A DNA stretch of 64,000 nucleotides from Octopus bimaculoides (lineage: Eukaryota): assembly GCF_001194135.2 (NCBI RefSeq), contig NC_068983.1, positions 107,993,422-108,057,421 of the forward strand. The letters run 5' to 3'. Below the pieces are notes generated by a model. The model was not told the origin of the DNA, searched no databases, and was given only the letters and a program-made list of their open reading frames with translations. The translations under genes and the position numbers were made by a program. Position 1 is the first letter of the stretch; every line of letters begins with the position of its first letter. This document shows positions 49,376-63,664 of the stretch, in pieces.

Positions 49376-52300
49376 TCTCAATGTCTAAAAGTGGACAATT
49401 TATATTAAAGGCTGAATAATTTTAAAGAAATGTCACTTGGAAAATCATAGACTATTGATGGTTTTATTCGAAGGAGATATTTGCAAAGTGTAAAACCACC
49501 AATAGAAGAGAATATGACCAAAGGCTGCATGTACTTGATCCCATGCATGGCTGCAGTTAAATGACTGAAAAAAGATAAAAGATATATATCTATATTCAGA
49601 GCCATATTACTTTTTTACAGAGCATTAGTCATATTATACATCAATATGAAGTTATGTATTAGTTAATGCATTACATGTAAAGTTTAAGGGTCTCTTACCT
49701 ACTTTCATTCTGAGACACAACAGAAGCAGTGAAAAAGTTGTGTGACTATGTTCTATGATAACCTTAAAAATCGATCATTTAATTTCCATGAGAAACTGGA
49801 AACTTCCAGAATATCAATATATAATGACTAAAATGATGCTTTCATTGGAATAGGAAAGCATGTCAGTAAATTATGAGAAACACTGAAAAAGGTGATGATG
49901 AAAATAAGTGAGAACTGAAATTTGTTTTAAAATTTTGAGACTAAAATATTTGCAAATATTTAAATAATATTAATTATTACATTGTGAAATATAATATTTA
50001 AGCAAATTATAAAGGCCCAAATCTTTGTAAAAAATTTCTTGTCCTCTGATCAAAGTATGCTTCATTGCTGAGATTTGATAAAAGAGAAACATGTTCCTAA
50101 CTGTCATCATTTTACTAACAAACTACTAAAGTCATCAACTGTTAACAGATTTCTTCCACAAGCATGAAAATTTAATTTTCAGTGAAATTATTTCATAGAA
50201 ATGATCTCCCACTTTTCTTTGAGAGTCACATCTTGAATTCTCACATTTTTGCTCTATGAAGTATGTTCTCTGTCTAGTCAGTTTTGCTCAAAATGTAAGT
50301 ATGTCAATAGCTAAATAAATTTCAGAAAAATAGTGTTAGGTTAGTAAGAAGAATTCTAGTGTTAAGCGAAAATTTTCCATCGCTTTTCATTGAGGGAGGC
50401 TTTGACAAAATTTTCTAATGCAAAGTTCAAAATATCTTTAGATTTATGAAGAAATTGCAGTCACCCTCTTTTGTGGAAGGGTTTCATTAATGTACTTTGT
50501 TGTTTTGATACAAATGTTGCCTCTGAGAGCAAAACTGTTATCCAATAGATTTTTAGAATTACAAACAAATGTAATTAGAGAGATAATGCAATATTTCCTG
50601 CAAGCAGAGTATAAAAATATTAAAAGTAGTAAAAAAAGAAATCTGAGAAGGATCTTTCCTATGGTAAAACACTTATGAAACCTACAGCTAACAATACACA
50701 TAATATTATGTTATTCTAAATGTTGGCATTTGGCAGCAAATTAGAATCAAGTTGCTGTTCTAAACTTTTTAACTTATCTAGATTTTACCATGAAATATTT
50801 TCATTTTGCATCACGTTATACAAAATAGACAAATAAGAATATCAACTCATTATATTTTAGGAAACTTCAAAGCTGCAGACTAACTGAAAACTCTTAGGGA
50901 GTTTGAATCTATAAAAAAAAAAAAAAAAATCAGTGGCAAGAATGATCAAGGTTACTTTTCCTTTGCAAGTTATTGTCCAATAATTTAAAAAACCAATCAA
51001 TGAATATAAACTGATATAGTATTTTATCATGAAGTGTAAATGGGATAAACCAACATGAGGGGAAATAAAAAAGTAGAAAGTCATTTTTAATTCAATCTCA
51101 TGTGAAAAAATATGACAAAACTTCACTAGTGAATGTTTTATTAAGAGTGTGTAAGCATGTTGATGGATTGACATACTGATTTAAGTTGACTTAGCTTGGT
51201 TAAAGTATTAATTCTGAAATGTGAAATTCTTCAACTATGGAAAATATGTCATGGAATCAATTTCAAGCTTCACAGAAAGTGTTCGAATGAATAAATTAAT
51301 TTAATTTTCTTTTGATACAAAATAACAGAAAAAAAAAAAAGTAAGGAAAATCATTGCAGTTCCAAATTCTAATTTTACATTTCTATTCTAAGAAAAACAT
51401 GTACAAGAGATGATTCTGAAATGAATGTTTAATATATTCATGAAATTAATTGCATTGTATTTTTTCTTCCAATTTTTTTTCTTCTCTTGAATAGCCGGTA
51501 AATTTTATATACAGTTTGTTTATCTTTATTCTAATATTAAATTTTTCACCAAATGAAAATGACATTCAATATGCTGATAAGTTACTATGGTAGTACACAA
51601 CAAACAAGATGTAAATGAAGAATAGCAACACACTCACACACAACTTATGAATACATTTCAAATGGAAATATAAATTTTTCAACCAAACCACAGAATACTT
51701 TTAAGAAACAAAAATATCTTATGTTCAATGATAAATTACTAATATAAATTTGCCATTGTTGGTTAAACATATTAAATACAATGAGAGTGTACCTTCATAC
51801 TTTTGTGTCATATATGAAAGCAAATATGACTGAGATTTATTTTTAAAAACTATACAATGGAATGAAAGCTAAAATCAAGGGAAAAGAATGCACTAACAAC
51901 ACTGGGAAGAGTCATTATAATGTGTCAAGTTTATCCAATCATCTGCAAAGTTTAACTTTCTGTCACTATGAAAGTGAATGCCTTAGATAATAGAAGTAAC
52001 ACCATCCTGATATTGTATGCATTCAAATTCAATTTTCTCCACTCCAAGCCACTCAGACCATATTACCATTACATGCATTCTTCAATTTAGTATATTGAAG
52101 GAAGAAAAGAGCACTTTAGATTGCTTGAAATATCTTGCTTTGTCATTTCTCTTTAATATTATGGAAAACTTAGTAAACAGATGTAATTGTATCTTACAAT
52201 CAATTTCTTTCTTAGTGGCTAAAAATAGAGCACTTATCCAAGCAGCAAAGAAAGTAAGCTATTGTATAGCACATAATTTCAAGATGATTAGTATCAACAA

Positions 52301-55149
52301 AACCCCTACAATGGAAGCAGAGTAGTTGAACTATCCTTCCTCATTCTGAAAAAATAAAACCCTCATATGTCTGGAACTTCAATTTTGAATTAAGACTTTT
52401 AAAGTATATACTGGAATCAATTTAAATTTAGTTCGATTTTCATAAAGAAGAGAACAAGAAATATATCTCATACATCCAATGACTGCTCAACATGATGTAT
52501 TCTGAAGTTACAGAACTTAGTATATTTGATCATGAGAAGCTAGCAATTAACTGTTTCCTATTCAGAATAAAATACAATATCAACTGAAGCATTCCATTTT
52601 TCTTTACAGCTCTTAGATTAAAATGCTGACAGGGTGCTTCTCTGTTTAGAATCCTGCTTTCATTATTCTTTTCGTATCTGGTATATCGCAGCATCTCCAT
52701 TCACTGCCATTGTAGACATTTTAAATAAAATCTAGTTATCTTTTGTCACCATATCCCACAATACTGCTTCCCCTTAAACTACAACACACTTTTAATCTGC
52801 ATATAGAACGAGCAAACAGGATAAAAATTCGTTGAGAAAATAATAACCATCAGTCAATTATTTATACCAACTAAAATATTTTGTAATACATATTGATTGC
52901 TATTTTAAAAGATGGCTTGATAAATGCTAAACTTAGTGCTTATAAAAACAGAGTTTTATGAAAATAAGATAGACACTGTAACTGGTTTTCTCTCCAAACA
53001 TTTCATATTAAACAAAATATATAATTAAATACTTAATGAGAAGATGTAATTAAATTAAAACAATTTTAAACAGATATCACTGTTAAAAACAAGACATTGT
53101 GATTATGAGGTAGTTTCCTTAATTTGTTAACCTTTAGAAGAAAGCCTATAATATGAAAAATATTTCAGAAGTTGAACGTAATTCTAAAGAAGCAACCAAT
53201 TTCATTGAGAACAGGTTGTAGTAAAAGTTGAAAACAAGCATATAAATTATGAATATAACTTATAGATTCTCTAACATAAGACTTTATTTATGCATATAAG
53301 CACGCAAGCATGTATGCAATTTAATGATGGTTAATCAAGGACCGACTTGCAAATACTTGTGTATATCTTTAAACAAAACAGATCAAAACACTGAAATGTC
53401 ATTTACACCAACACATCTACAATGAGATGAGGGTGGAAGTCCCAGTGGAATCTTAGTTTATTCTCTTTCATAAGCATATTCCTTTCATTTGCACATTTTC
53501 TTTCATTTATGCATGCATGGCACCTTGGGTAATCAATGACTTCATACAATGTGAGTGAAATTTGGTAAATAAAAACCATACAGAAACCTGACTTGTTTGG
53601 GTGTATGTATGTGAGAGGGTGCGCATGTGTGCGTGTGCACATGCATGTGTTTGTGTAACAGTCTGTGTGTGTGTGTATCTTTGAAAGTGTTCTCATTGGC
53701 ATAACATGTAAGTAGTGACACTTGGTTGTGTCCTACATAAACAATATATCTGTAAATTGTTGGTCTGGAATGGCAAAGCTAGCAGAATAAATTCCTTGAA
53801 AATAAGAATTGGCACCAGGAAAAAGGAACTGACCCTAAAACACTGCCTCAAAAAGTCTCATCTAACCAATGGTAATATGGGAAATGAGCATGTGATGATA
53901 ATGAAAACGATGATGATGGAATACATACATCTTTTACAGGCATATTTGGTAGAAAACACCATTTCCCAGAGAATATTAATTGCATAAGGGACAGTAACTT
54001 AAAAGTTTGTTCAATTAAAATAAGATAGCAGATAAATGGATTTAAAAAATTTATTAAAAAATAACTGAAGTTGCTTTGAAAATGCTAATGAGTATGGTGT
54101 TAACATTTAGTTGTCAAATACTATCGATGAATATATAGAAATTTACAACTATAGTCTTAGTTTTCTCCCTTAGATAGAGTTTAAAAATAAATTTCAAATG
54201 TTAGGTCCAGCGATTTATTCTGCTGTAATTGATTTCTATTGTAAGAGTATGCACATTCACATAATGTGAAGAACCTATTATTACTTGAAAATATTATCAT
54301 ATCAATCATTCTATCTTTTTTTGTTTTGTTTTGTTTTCTAAAATCACAAAACTGTTAGTTCAGTATAGATAGATTATTCTGAGTGAGTGAGAGAGAGAGA
54401 GAGAGTGCAAAAGCTATGGGCAGCCATGGTATTCATGATAGTAGTAAATAAGAGAGACTTAAATCTCATTTGTATCAGTGATATGAGAGGAATTCAGAAG
54501 GTTAGGAATGTATATGAATGAATTTAGATATGTTCATGTATACATATATATGAGTGTGTACATGTGTGCGTGTGTGTCTATGTATCCCTTGTCTTTAAAC
54601 AAAGACATGTACACACTCCTCTCTCTTAGATGTATGTATGTGTGCACGTGGATGTACATACAAATATATGTGTGTACATACAAATATATGTGTACATACA
54701 AATATATACACATGCATACAATATGTAAATAACACAGATGCACATGCACTCACTCACAGGCATGCACACACACACACACACACACATTTCATGTCCACTT
54801 CTCCATGTATACATAGGTCAAACATGATATTAAGGCAGATTTACTATGGCTGAGCAGTCTTCCTGTCACCAACCCACCTCTGTTTCCAAGCAAGGTAATA
54901 TATTTCTATGGCTGGACATGGTACCGGACCACTTAGATAATATTCAGCAACTGCATGAGTCCATCTGTCATCAATGAAAATATATATATGTGTTTGTGTG
55001 TATGTATATATATTATATTCTTATATGTACACACACACACACACAATATCAATAACATACTAAATGTATGTCTATTGTTAAATGCTAATAGCTGTGATAT
55101 TTCATCTAAAGGACATTACTTTAAAGATATGTTCAGTTAAACAACACAA

Positions 55150-55525
55150 TACACTTCAAAGAGAGGCAATACAGAATCACCCTAGAAGTGAACAAGAATG
55201 CCAGGCATTTTGCAGATGGTGCTACTCCGTGATGTCATATATGCTCCCTACTTTCAAAATGAATTCAAAATAGCCGGCTAGAAGTATATACGAACAGTGT
55301 AAAATCTGTTCACTGTTGTAAAATAGCAACATACAGGAAAAATAAAAAGCAAACATCTCTTCAGTTATCCGGATAACTGAAGAGATGTTGGCGTGGGCTC
55401 CCACCCTGGCATCCGAAACTCGAAGTTTTATCATGGCTACTGAATAAGTGTCACATATTTTTACAGATAAATTCCTCTATTTGCATAATACCGAGGTCTC
55501 TTTCGTTCTTTTGTTGTCCTTCCTA
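55150..55525 (+). mobile_element. Penelope-type terminal repeat with a 38-bp perfect palindrome and a hammerhead-like fold
   Basis: Palindrome AACATCTCTTCAGTTATCC|GGATAACTGAAGAGATGTT at 55352-55389; CTGAAGA...GAAAC core at 55377-55419. Penelope assignment is inferred from the motif; outer boundaries approximate. Confidence 0.55.
55372..55432 (+). ncRNA. Candidate type I hammerhead ribozyme (one-nucleotide bulge variant)
   Basis: Stem I GATAA/TTATC, core CTGAAGA, stem II GATG/CATC plus an extra C, GAAA, stem III AC-TCGAA-GT, cleavage triplet GUU. Confidence 0.5.
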
Positions 55526-55799
55526 TCAATATATATATATGTATATACACATACATACATACACACATATTTCATGCATGTATGCATGCATACATAAGTA
55601 TATAAATTCAGTGGCCTTCTTTTGGTTTCTATTTCCCATTTCTACTCACAAGTAGTATACAGTCAGCCCGAGTATACAGTGCAATATTGCTCAAGATGCC
55701 TGTATGTGTATACATACACACAAATATATAAATATATATTTTTATATGATATACTTATAAATATATATGCGTATATATATCTTATACATAAATGGCAAT

Positions 55800-55925
55800 A
55801 TCTGTCTGTCGATATATCACGATCTTACTGGCTACACCAGTGAACCAATCTTGATGAAACTTTGTATACATGTTAAGCTAACATCCAGTTCAGTTATAGG
55901 CTAATTGGATTTCAGTAAAAATCTA
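55800..55925 (+). mobile_element. Possible Helitron/Helentron-derived non-autonomous 5' end
   Basis: ATCTGTCTGTC...ACCAATCTTGATGAAACTTTGTATACATG resembles HINE/DINE-like cores; resemblance only. Confidence 0.3.
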
Positions 55926-56878
55926 AGGGCTCCCTACTGACTGGCTGTTGCGCAGGTGGCACGTAAAATACACCGTTTTGAGCGTGGCCGTTGCCAGTAC
56001 CACCTAACTGGCCTTTGTGCTGTTGGCCCGTAAAAGCACCCACTACACTCTCAGAGTGGATGGCATTAGGAAGGGCATCCAGCTGTAGAAACTCTGCCAA
56101 ATCAGATTGGAGCCTGGTGAAGCCATCTGGTTCACCAGTCCTCAGTCAAATTGTCCAGCCCATGCTAGCATGGAAAGCGGACGTTAAACGATGATGATGA
56201 TGATATATATACATGAATATATATACATATACAAATATAGATATATATTTATATATATATNNNNNNNNNNNNNNNNNNNNNNNNNNNNNNNNNNNNNNNN
56301 NNNNNNNNNNNNNNNNNNNNNNNNNNNNNNNNNNNNNNNNNNNNNNNNNNNNNNNNNNNNNNNNNNNNNNNNNNNNNNNNNNNNNNNNNNNNNNNNNNNN
56401 NNNNNNNNNNNNNNNNNNNNNNNNNNNNNNNNNNNNNNNNNNNNNNNNNNNNNNNNNNNNNNNNNNNNNNNNNNNNNNNNNNNNNNNNNNNNNNNNNNNN
56501 NNNNNNNNNNNNNNNNNNNNNNNNNNNNNNNNNNNNNNNNNNNNCATATGCATATCTACATAAGGCAAATAAGAAAAGCGAGAGGGTAATCACTCGACAA
56601 ACATCAGTTGTCAAGTGATGGTGGTGGGCAAACACCGACACACAAATTCATACACACACACACACACGTGTATATATATATATATATATAGAATATATAT
56701 GACAGGCTACTTTCAGTTTCTGTCTACCAAATTTACTCACAAGGCTTTGGTCACCCTGCGGTTATTAGTAGAAGACACTTGCCCAAGGTGCCTCACATTA
56801 GGACTGAACCTGGAACTATGTGGTTGGTAAGCAAGCTACTTACCACACATCCAAGATATACATACCCACACATACACA

Positions 56879-58691
56879 CAGAGATTGGACAAAAGAATGG
56901 AAACACCGTAAAATTTCAAACAAATTTATTTTAATATGGGGTAGAACATTTATTTATATCTATTTGTTAATTGATTACAATCATATGTATAAGTTATCAA
57001 AATAAGCAAATAAACAAGTAAATAAATAGATAAATTATGGAGATGTACTTGCATAGCATGTGACCTGATCTGAGATCGTGTGTTGGAATGAAAACAATTG
57101 CAGCGTGGAAGGTGTTCATAAGCCATTTAAGAAACACACAAAACCGTTAGATTCACTTCAACATTTGAATTAAATTTGCCAAAATATCTTCATCGCTTTG
57201 AGACCACGACCTGTTCACTGACAAAATGCTGCACAGAATTTTGTCAGTGAACAGGTCGCGGTCTCAAAGCGACGAAAATATTTTGACAAATTAAATTTAA
57301 ATGTTGAAGTGAATCTAACGGATTTTGTGTGTTATTTTAAATGGCTTATNNNNNNNNNNNNNNNNNNNNNNNNNNNNNNNNNNNNNNNNNNNNNNNNNNN
57401 NNNNNNNNNNNNNNNNNNNNNNNNNNNNNNNNNNNNNNNNNNNNNNNNNNNNNNNNNNNNNNNNNNNNNNNNNNNNNNNNNNNNNNNNNNNNNNNNNNNN
57501 NNNNNNNNNNNNNNNNNNNNNNNNNNNNNNNNNNNNNNNNNNNNNNNNNNNNNNNNNNNNNNNNNNNNNNNNNNNNNNNNNNNNNNNNNNNNNNNNNNNN
57601 NNNNNNNNNNNNNNNNNNNNNNNNNNNNNNNNNNNNNNNNNNNNNNNNNNNNNNNNNNNNNNNNNNNNNNNNNNNNNNNNNNNNNNNNNNNNNNNNNNNN
57701 NNNNNNNNNNNNNNNNNNNNNNNNNNNNNNNNNNNNNNNNNNNNNNNNNNNNNNNNNNNNNNNNNNNNNNNNNNNNNNNNNNNNNNNNNNNNNNNNNNNN
57801 NNNNNNNNNNNNNNNNNNNNNNNNNNNNNNNNNNNNNNNNNNNNNNNNNNNNNNNNNNNNNNNNNNNNNNNNNNNNNNNNNNNNNNNNNNNNNNNNNNNN
57901 NNNNNNNNNNNNNNNNNNNNNNNNNNNNNNNNNNNNNNCCCCAGATCATCACAGATCCTCCACCATGTTTAACAGTTGGAAGAAGGTAGTCTTCTTCTTT
58001 TGGCTGTCTCCACACATATACTTGGCTGGTAGTCGGAAGTAAGGTAAAGGATGACTTCTCTGAGAAAATAACATTCTTCTACTGCTCTAGAAACCAATTC
58101 TGTAGGTTTTTACTCCACTCTAAATGCTTTGCAACATTTGTTTTTGAAAGTTGTGGTTTTCTGATAGCAGCCCTCCCATGAAATCCAGCTTTGTGCAGCT
58201 CCTGGCGAACAATTTTTGTAGAAACTGGATTCTCGAGGTGGTCATTAAGCTCTGCAGTAATTTTGGGAGCTGTACCTTTGTATTCCTTGCATAAGAGTCC
58301 GATGGTCCCTATCTAAAAGGTTTGGTTTTCTTCCGGAGTTTTGTTTTGATAAGGAAGTTTTTCTCTCTTTCTCAAAGGCTGTCATTACTTTCGAGACAGT
58401 ACATCTTGATACACAAAACATTTGAGCTGTTTTTGTTACGCTAACACCTGCCATACAAGCACCAAGAATTTGACGTCTTTGAAAGTCCAATAGATCTGTC
58501 ATTTTAATGAATTTTTGATTACCTTGTTTTGATGATATCTGAAAAGAAATAGCAATTTTAACAAAACATATTAAGCAACAGTAATAATAAATCAAAAAAA
58601 CAAAAATAAACAAGCTTTTGATGGTTTTATAGGTATTTCTAAATTATGATGCTATGATGCTAGGTGTTTCCATTATTTTGTCCAACCCCTG
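56879..58691 (-). mobile_element. Tc1-family transposon with both TIRs, interrupted by a palindromic MITE and a gap
   Basis: TIR CAGGGGTTGGACAAAATAATGGAAACACC ends at 58691 (TA at 58692-58693), with a degenerate copy at 56879. Transposase from ATG 58502: MTDLLDFQRRQILGAC...VSRCTVSKV...GRKP, then frameshift ...LLPTVKHGGGSVMIWG. Confidence 0.9.
57039..57349. mobile_element. Fold-back MITE: about 110-bp arms with a 10-nt loop; right end in a gap
   Basis: 57118-57227 pairs with 57238-57349 with about 10 mismatches; loop GCTGCACAGA. Confidence 0.8.
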
Positions 58692-58703
58692 TACATACAT
58701 ACA

Positions 58704-58790
<87 letters not shown>

Positions 58791-61700
58791 ATGTATATAA
58801 GGAAAGTATTATATTCATGGTTATGGCATATGACTGGCCAGGAAGTTACCATTGGCTTCATGTTTACTACTGCACTTGGTAATATAAGCAACTCACCAAA
58901 TCTCCTCGCGAGAATGCACATAGCTTGATATATATTTAATATAATACACACTCTCCCGCTGTCTCTCTCTCTTACACACATATACACATATATGTGTGTG
59001 GTCTCTCTTAGTACCTGATTCTGATACTGAAGAAAGCTAAGTAGCCCAAAATGCATCTCCCAGTGCATAAAGTATATTTTGAACTGGCACCAGAAATGAT
59101 GCTAAAGGAGACACTGGAGCTCAATGCAGTTATGTGTCTTGTTTTATCCCATCAGACTATGCAACCGATGTCAGCATAGAAAGTAGATGTTAAATGATAG
59201 TCACACACTGTAGGTGATGTTGACAGTTTTTTCATGTGTCAGAAAGATTGCATTTTATTATTCATTGAGGCATTCTTCACTCTAAATTCAAATACTGGCA
59301 GGTTAAACTTTGGCCTTTCATAATTTTGGTATCAATAAATGTCAATCTCCTATTGGGGTTAATTATTTGCTTTCACCCGCTCTTTTTCCTTTTTTCCTGC
59401 ATTTTTATGTTCCTTTCTGGATGTCATTGGGTGTAGTCAGACCTGGATAGGAATGGCCTCTGCCAAGTCTGAAAATGCTCAGGACCTATATATCATGATG
59501 GTTCCTCTACCATTTCATGAAGAATAAAAGTCTGAAGGAACGTCGTGTATATATATCCACACACGTATTTTGTATGTAAGCAGTTTTACATGATTAATGC
59601 GTGAGTGTGTATACATGTGTAAGTACATGTCTATAAATACAATACACTTTGATTATAGTTATGTTCACTGATATACTGAAGTATATGCTGGACTTATATT
59701 CATAACCTGTCACCCTCTAGGCATTACCATTGGCATGTCTAGTATCTACAGGTGATAAAGTTGAAGTATAACTAAAATGATATATCCTTTTGAAATGAAC
59801 CATCTAGGTTTTCAGCTAACTATTTGTTCATTGCTTGATATATGTATCAATAACTGCTTCATGTATAAAAAAAAAAATAGAGTAGAAAGAAAAATACGAA
59901 CAATATCAAATGCCATATACCCGGACCTTTATAGATCACTAAATAATGTGCAGTTTTCCACCAAAAATGATAAGCTTCAGCACAGAAGAGCTGAAGGAAG
60001 AATGTAAGATGAAAAATTAATATAGATGCTATTCTGATAGCAAAAACAAAAATGTGAAAACAGAAAGAAAGGAAAAAACGATGACCTCTGAAGGTTATTG
60101 GAAAGACTTATAGAATCAAATAAATGTATATCTGATCTTCTGTAAATCTGTAGCAAGAGAATAGTAAAGCAGCCTTGTGACAGAGTGAACAGAAAAATAT
60201 TGTATGCTAAGTTGGACGAATAGCTCACACTGTAGTAGCAATGTGATTCTAGTTAATTTATTTCAAGTGTACGTAACTGCTTTTACAGACAACCATGTGG
60301 AAGAACAGCTACACACAGCCTGATGTATGCAGCAACCTATTAACAAACAGCAGATCAATATCTAACAGAATTTGTTTCAGAATGGAATAGCAGCCATCAT
60401 CCAATTCATCCTCAGTCAAATTTCATATATCTCTGTTTGAAGAAGCCAGTGTGCAACTATTGTCACGCATTTTCTCTTCAAATATAGACATACTTATGGA
60501 GTAATGGCGCCACTGTACAATGAATCACATAGACTGATCAACAGAAAACAGCTTGTATAATGAAGAAAAGTGAGAGAATGAAGAAATAAAATAAAGAGAC
60601 AGAACTTTGGCAAAAACCCAGTAAAATCATATTGAATGGAAGATATCACATCTTTTAAAATGCTGGTTACCTGCCCAGTGATGATATGGGTTAGAAATAC
60701 ATTTTAAATCTTATATAACATGAATTAATATGTACAATATATATATCCACACACATATATATGCACATGTGTGCATAGTCAGATAGAGAGAGAGGTGGTA
60801 ACAACTGAGAACAATAGCTATTACATAAAAAAGAAAGAAGGAAAATGCATTTAAGCAATTCTGTTAATGATAATGATAGTATTCAAAGTGGGTAAAAGCA
60901 TTTAGAAATTTTAAAATATTAAAGACATGAAGTCATGTGATGATAGACACATACTGAGATGAGAAAAATTATAATTTCTACCCTGAAATTATAATCTATT
61001 TCAAACAATATACGATAAATTGCTACAAAACACATATATTCAATATAAAAAATGAATAGACGGAATTAAAAGAAAAGTATGGTAAGATTAATTCTTATAA
61101 ATTTGCAAGTGAATAATTAGTTATGAGGAGTGCTTTGAGAATTGATATAGCTCTCTATTACATCAATATATTGGAAACATTTTGATATTATTTGGATTTC
61201 AATTCAAAGAACCATTGATCTGAACATCATAAATTTAGTTAGTAAAATCATTAAAAACATGTTTTGAAATAAATGTTGAGAGATCTTATGTTTAATGGTA
61301 GTTATAGCTAGTTGTATAGATTATGTTGACCTCCATATGAAATCAGTGCCAGGCCCAGTCTACAAAGCTGTAAATAAGTACCATGAAATGAGCAGCACAA
61401 TGTTGCAGGAAAAGAGGAATACTATGTTATTAATGAATGTTTTATTGACTTACTTTACTTAACTAACAATGGGTATATTATAAAGAAGCCTTCTACTGAA
61501 CTTAACAGAGATAACTTACTTCAATGCATCTACTTAAGAAAATGGAAATAGATGAAAGCCACATTTGCATTACATTAACAGATCATGTTCAAAGAAATTT
61601 TAAATTTTCCTTTAAACTAAATTACATATTAACAAAATAACAGTTCCTAAATTTGGCACAAGGCCAAGAGTTTCAAGGGGAAGAGCTAAGTCAGTATCAT

Positions 61701-63664
61701 TGACACAGTATTTCATTCACCCCAAAAGAATGAAAGGTAAAGTTGACCACAGCAGGTTTCGAAAACATATTGACAACATAATACAATAAAACTTCAGTGA
61801 AGTTTAGCATATTTGAGAATAAAAATTAAATACAGAAAGCATTATAGAAAGCAGCATAAAGAACATGATTAATATTTTGTTACCATATATTGGTTTCACA
61901 TTTTGGCCAGTAATATTGGGGGAGGGAATAAGTCAATTACATTGACCCACGTGCTCAACTGCTACTTATTTTACTGACCTCCCAAAATGATGACAAAGAA
62001 AGTTGACTTCAGTGAAAGTTGAAGTGAGAATGCAATGACAGATAAAATGCCACTATGCATCTTGTTCAGTGTGCTAACGGTTCTGCTAATTTGCCACCTT
62101 ATTTTGTTACTGTATCTTTACATGAAATTTTAAAAGGTTTTAATTTAGATCACTTTAAACAGATAATTTGTATCAAAGAATGAGAAGCTGTCTCAGGCCA
62201 CTTGGTATCATAAGAAGAGAATAAGTTACAGAATATATAATGTTAAGTAAATTGTCTTATGGTATATAAAATATTAAGTATATTGGCTTATGGAATATAA
62301 ATGCTAAGTATAAATGATTTCTGGCAGATCATTAGTTCATGATGTGTACAGAAGTAATGTAAAGATGAGTTTCCAAAGTGGTTACCACTTAATATTGACT
62401 GAAATCTCAATAAGGTATACAGGTTTGAACAACATAGTTGGAAAATGACAAATGTCACCAGAGATAACTACAGTATGGAACTGCCAATGTTTATCATTGG
62501 CAGTTTGCACTTTTGGGGAGAACTGGCGATAATTTGAACAAGGAGAACCAAACCAAACCAATGATTCAGTTTGGATGAATTGATCCAAACATGTAATTAT
62601 AACAGTCCATTAGAACCATAATTAACAACTGACAAGTCCCTTAACTCTATGGGGTTCTGCAGCCATGCAGCAGTTCTAGGACAAGAAAGCCTGGTGGAGC
62701 CAATCCCACTCCAGACCAAATTCATTCCCACAGGTGAGTGGAATGGAACATGAAATGAAGTTTTTGCTCGAGAACACAATGGATTGCCCACTCCAGGAAT
62801 TGAAACCACAATCTTACTGTCATGAATCCAACACCCTAACAACTGAGTGACATGCCTCTACTAGTAGTGCTCATTTCTGCAGCTGAGTGGACTGGTGCAG
62901 CATGAAATGAAGTGTTTTGCTCAAGAACACAATGCATCGCCTGGTCCAGGAATTGAAACCACAATATTACAATTATGAGTCCAACACTAAGCCATGTGTC
63001 TCCACCATTAGAACCACACTTCTATTCAAATATGTGAAAACTCTGAAGAAAGTAATATGGCTTTTGAGTTTCTTAAGAGGTGTACATTTTTGAAGCAACC
63101 AACTTTGTCTGATATAAGGAAACCCAGAAATTTTAAACAATATTTAGCAATGTACAATACTATTATAACTGTGTGTGCGTGCGTGCGTGTGAATTGATAA
63201 TATTTATTTGCCTAAGACTTCAGATTTGGCTTTAATGGGTTATTTTATCAGACTGGTTGAAGAAACTGCTAAAAGTGAGACTTGAAGTCTCAGTCAAATC
63301 AATATTATCAATAAATTTTGCTCCAGTAAATATAGAGTCCCGCCATCAGTAAATGTTTTGTTATTCCATACAAGTTGAACAACAATGCCACATAATATAT
63401 ATATGTGTGTATGTATGAGAAGTCCACTGTAACATAACTAGCTAATATCTAACCTAATAATTCTAATAGCTATGATTTTCAAATGCATTGGTCCAATAAC
63501 TAAATATAAACCTCCATAAAGAACCAATTAAATATTAGAGCCTAAAATCCTTAATATAGATTGAAGCAACAACAGAAACAATAAAACTAGACCTAGTCCA
63601 ACACCTGATAATCAGAAGACCATAAACCACTGGCACTAAAATGGTGATACAATTGATATACTGA

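Noticed and set aside
7484-55140. YIYI / HTHT / SLSL / NNNN ORFs
   Set aside because: These are translations of (TA)n, (CA)n, (CT)n and (TAA)n microsatellites.
5725-58042. Long ORFs of 110-417 aa in the track spanning N runs (5.7-6.3, 11.4-12.7, 21.5-22.2, 28.3-29.4, 56.1-56.6, 57.3-58.0 kb)
   Set aside because: Their length comes from X codons in assembly gaps; only the Tc1-derived flanks are meaningful.
62479-62505. Short perfect hairpins of 11-12 bp (also near 31.01, 25.82 and 8.04 kb)
   Set aside because: Expected at this frequency in AT-rich, MITE-littered DNA.
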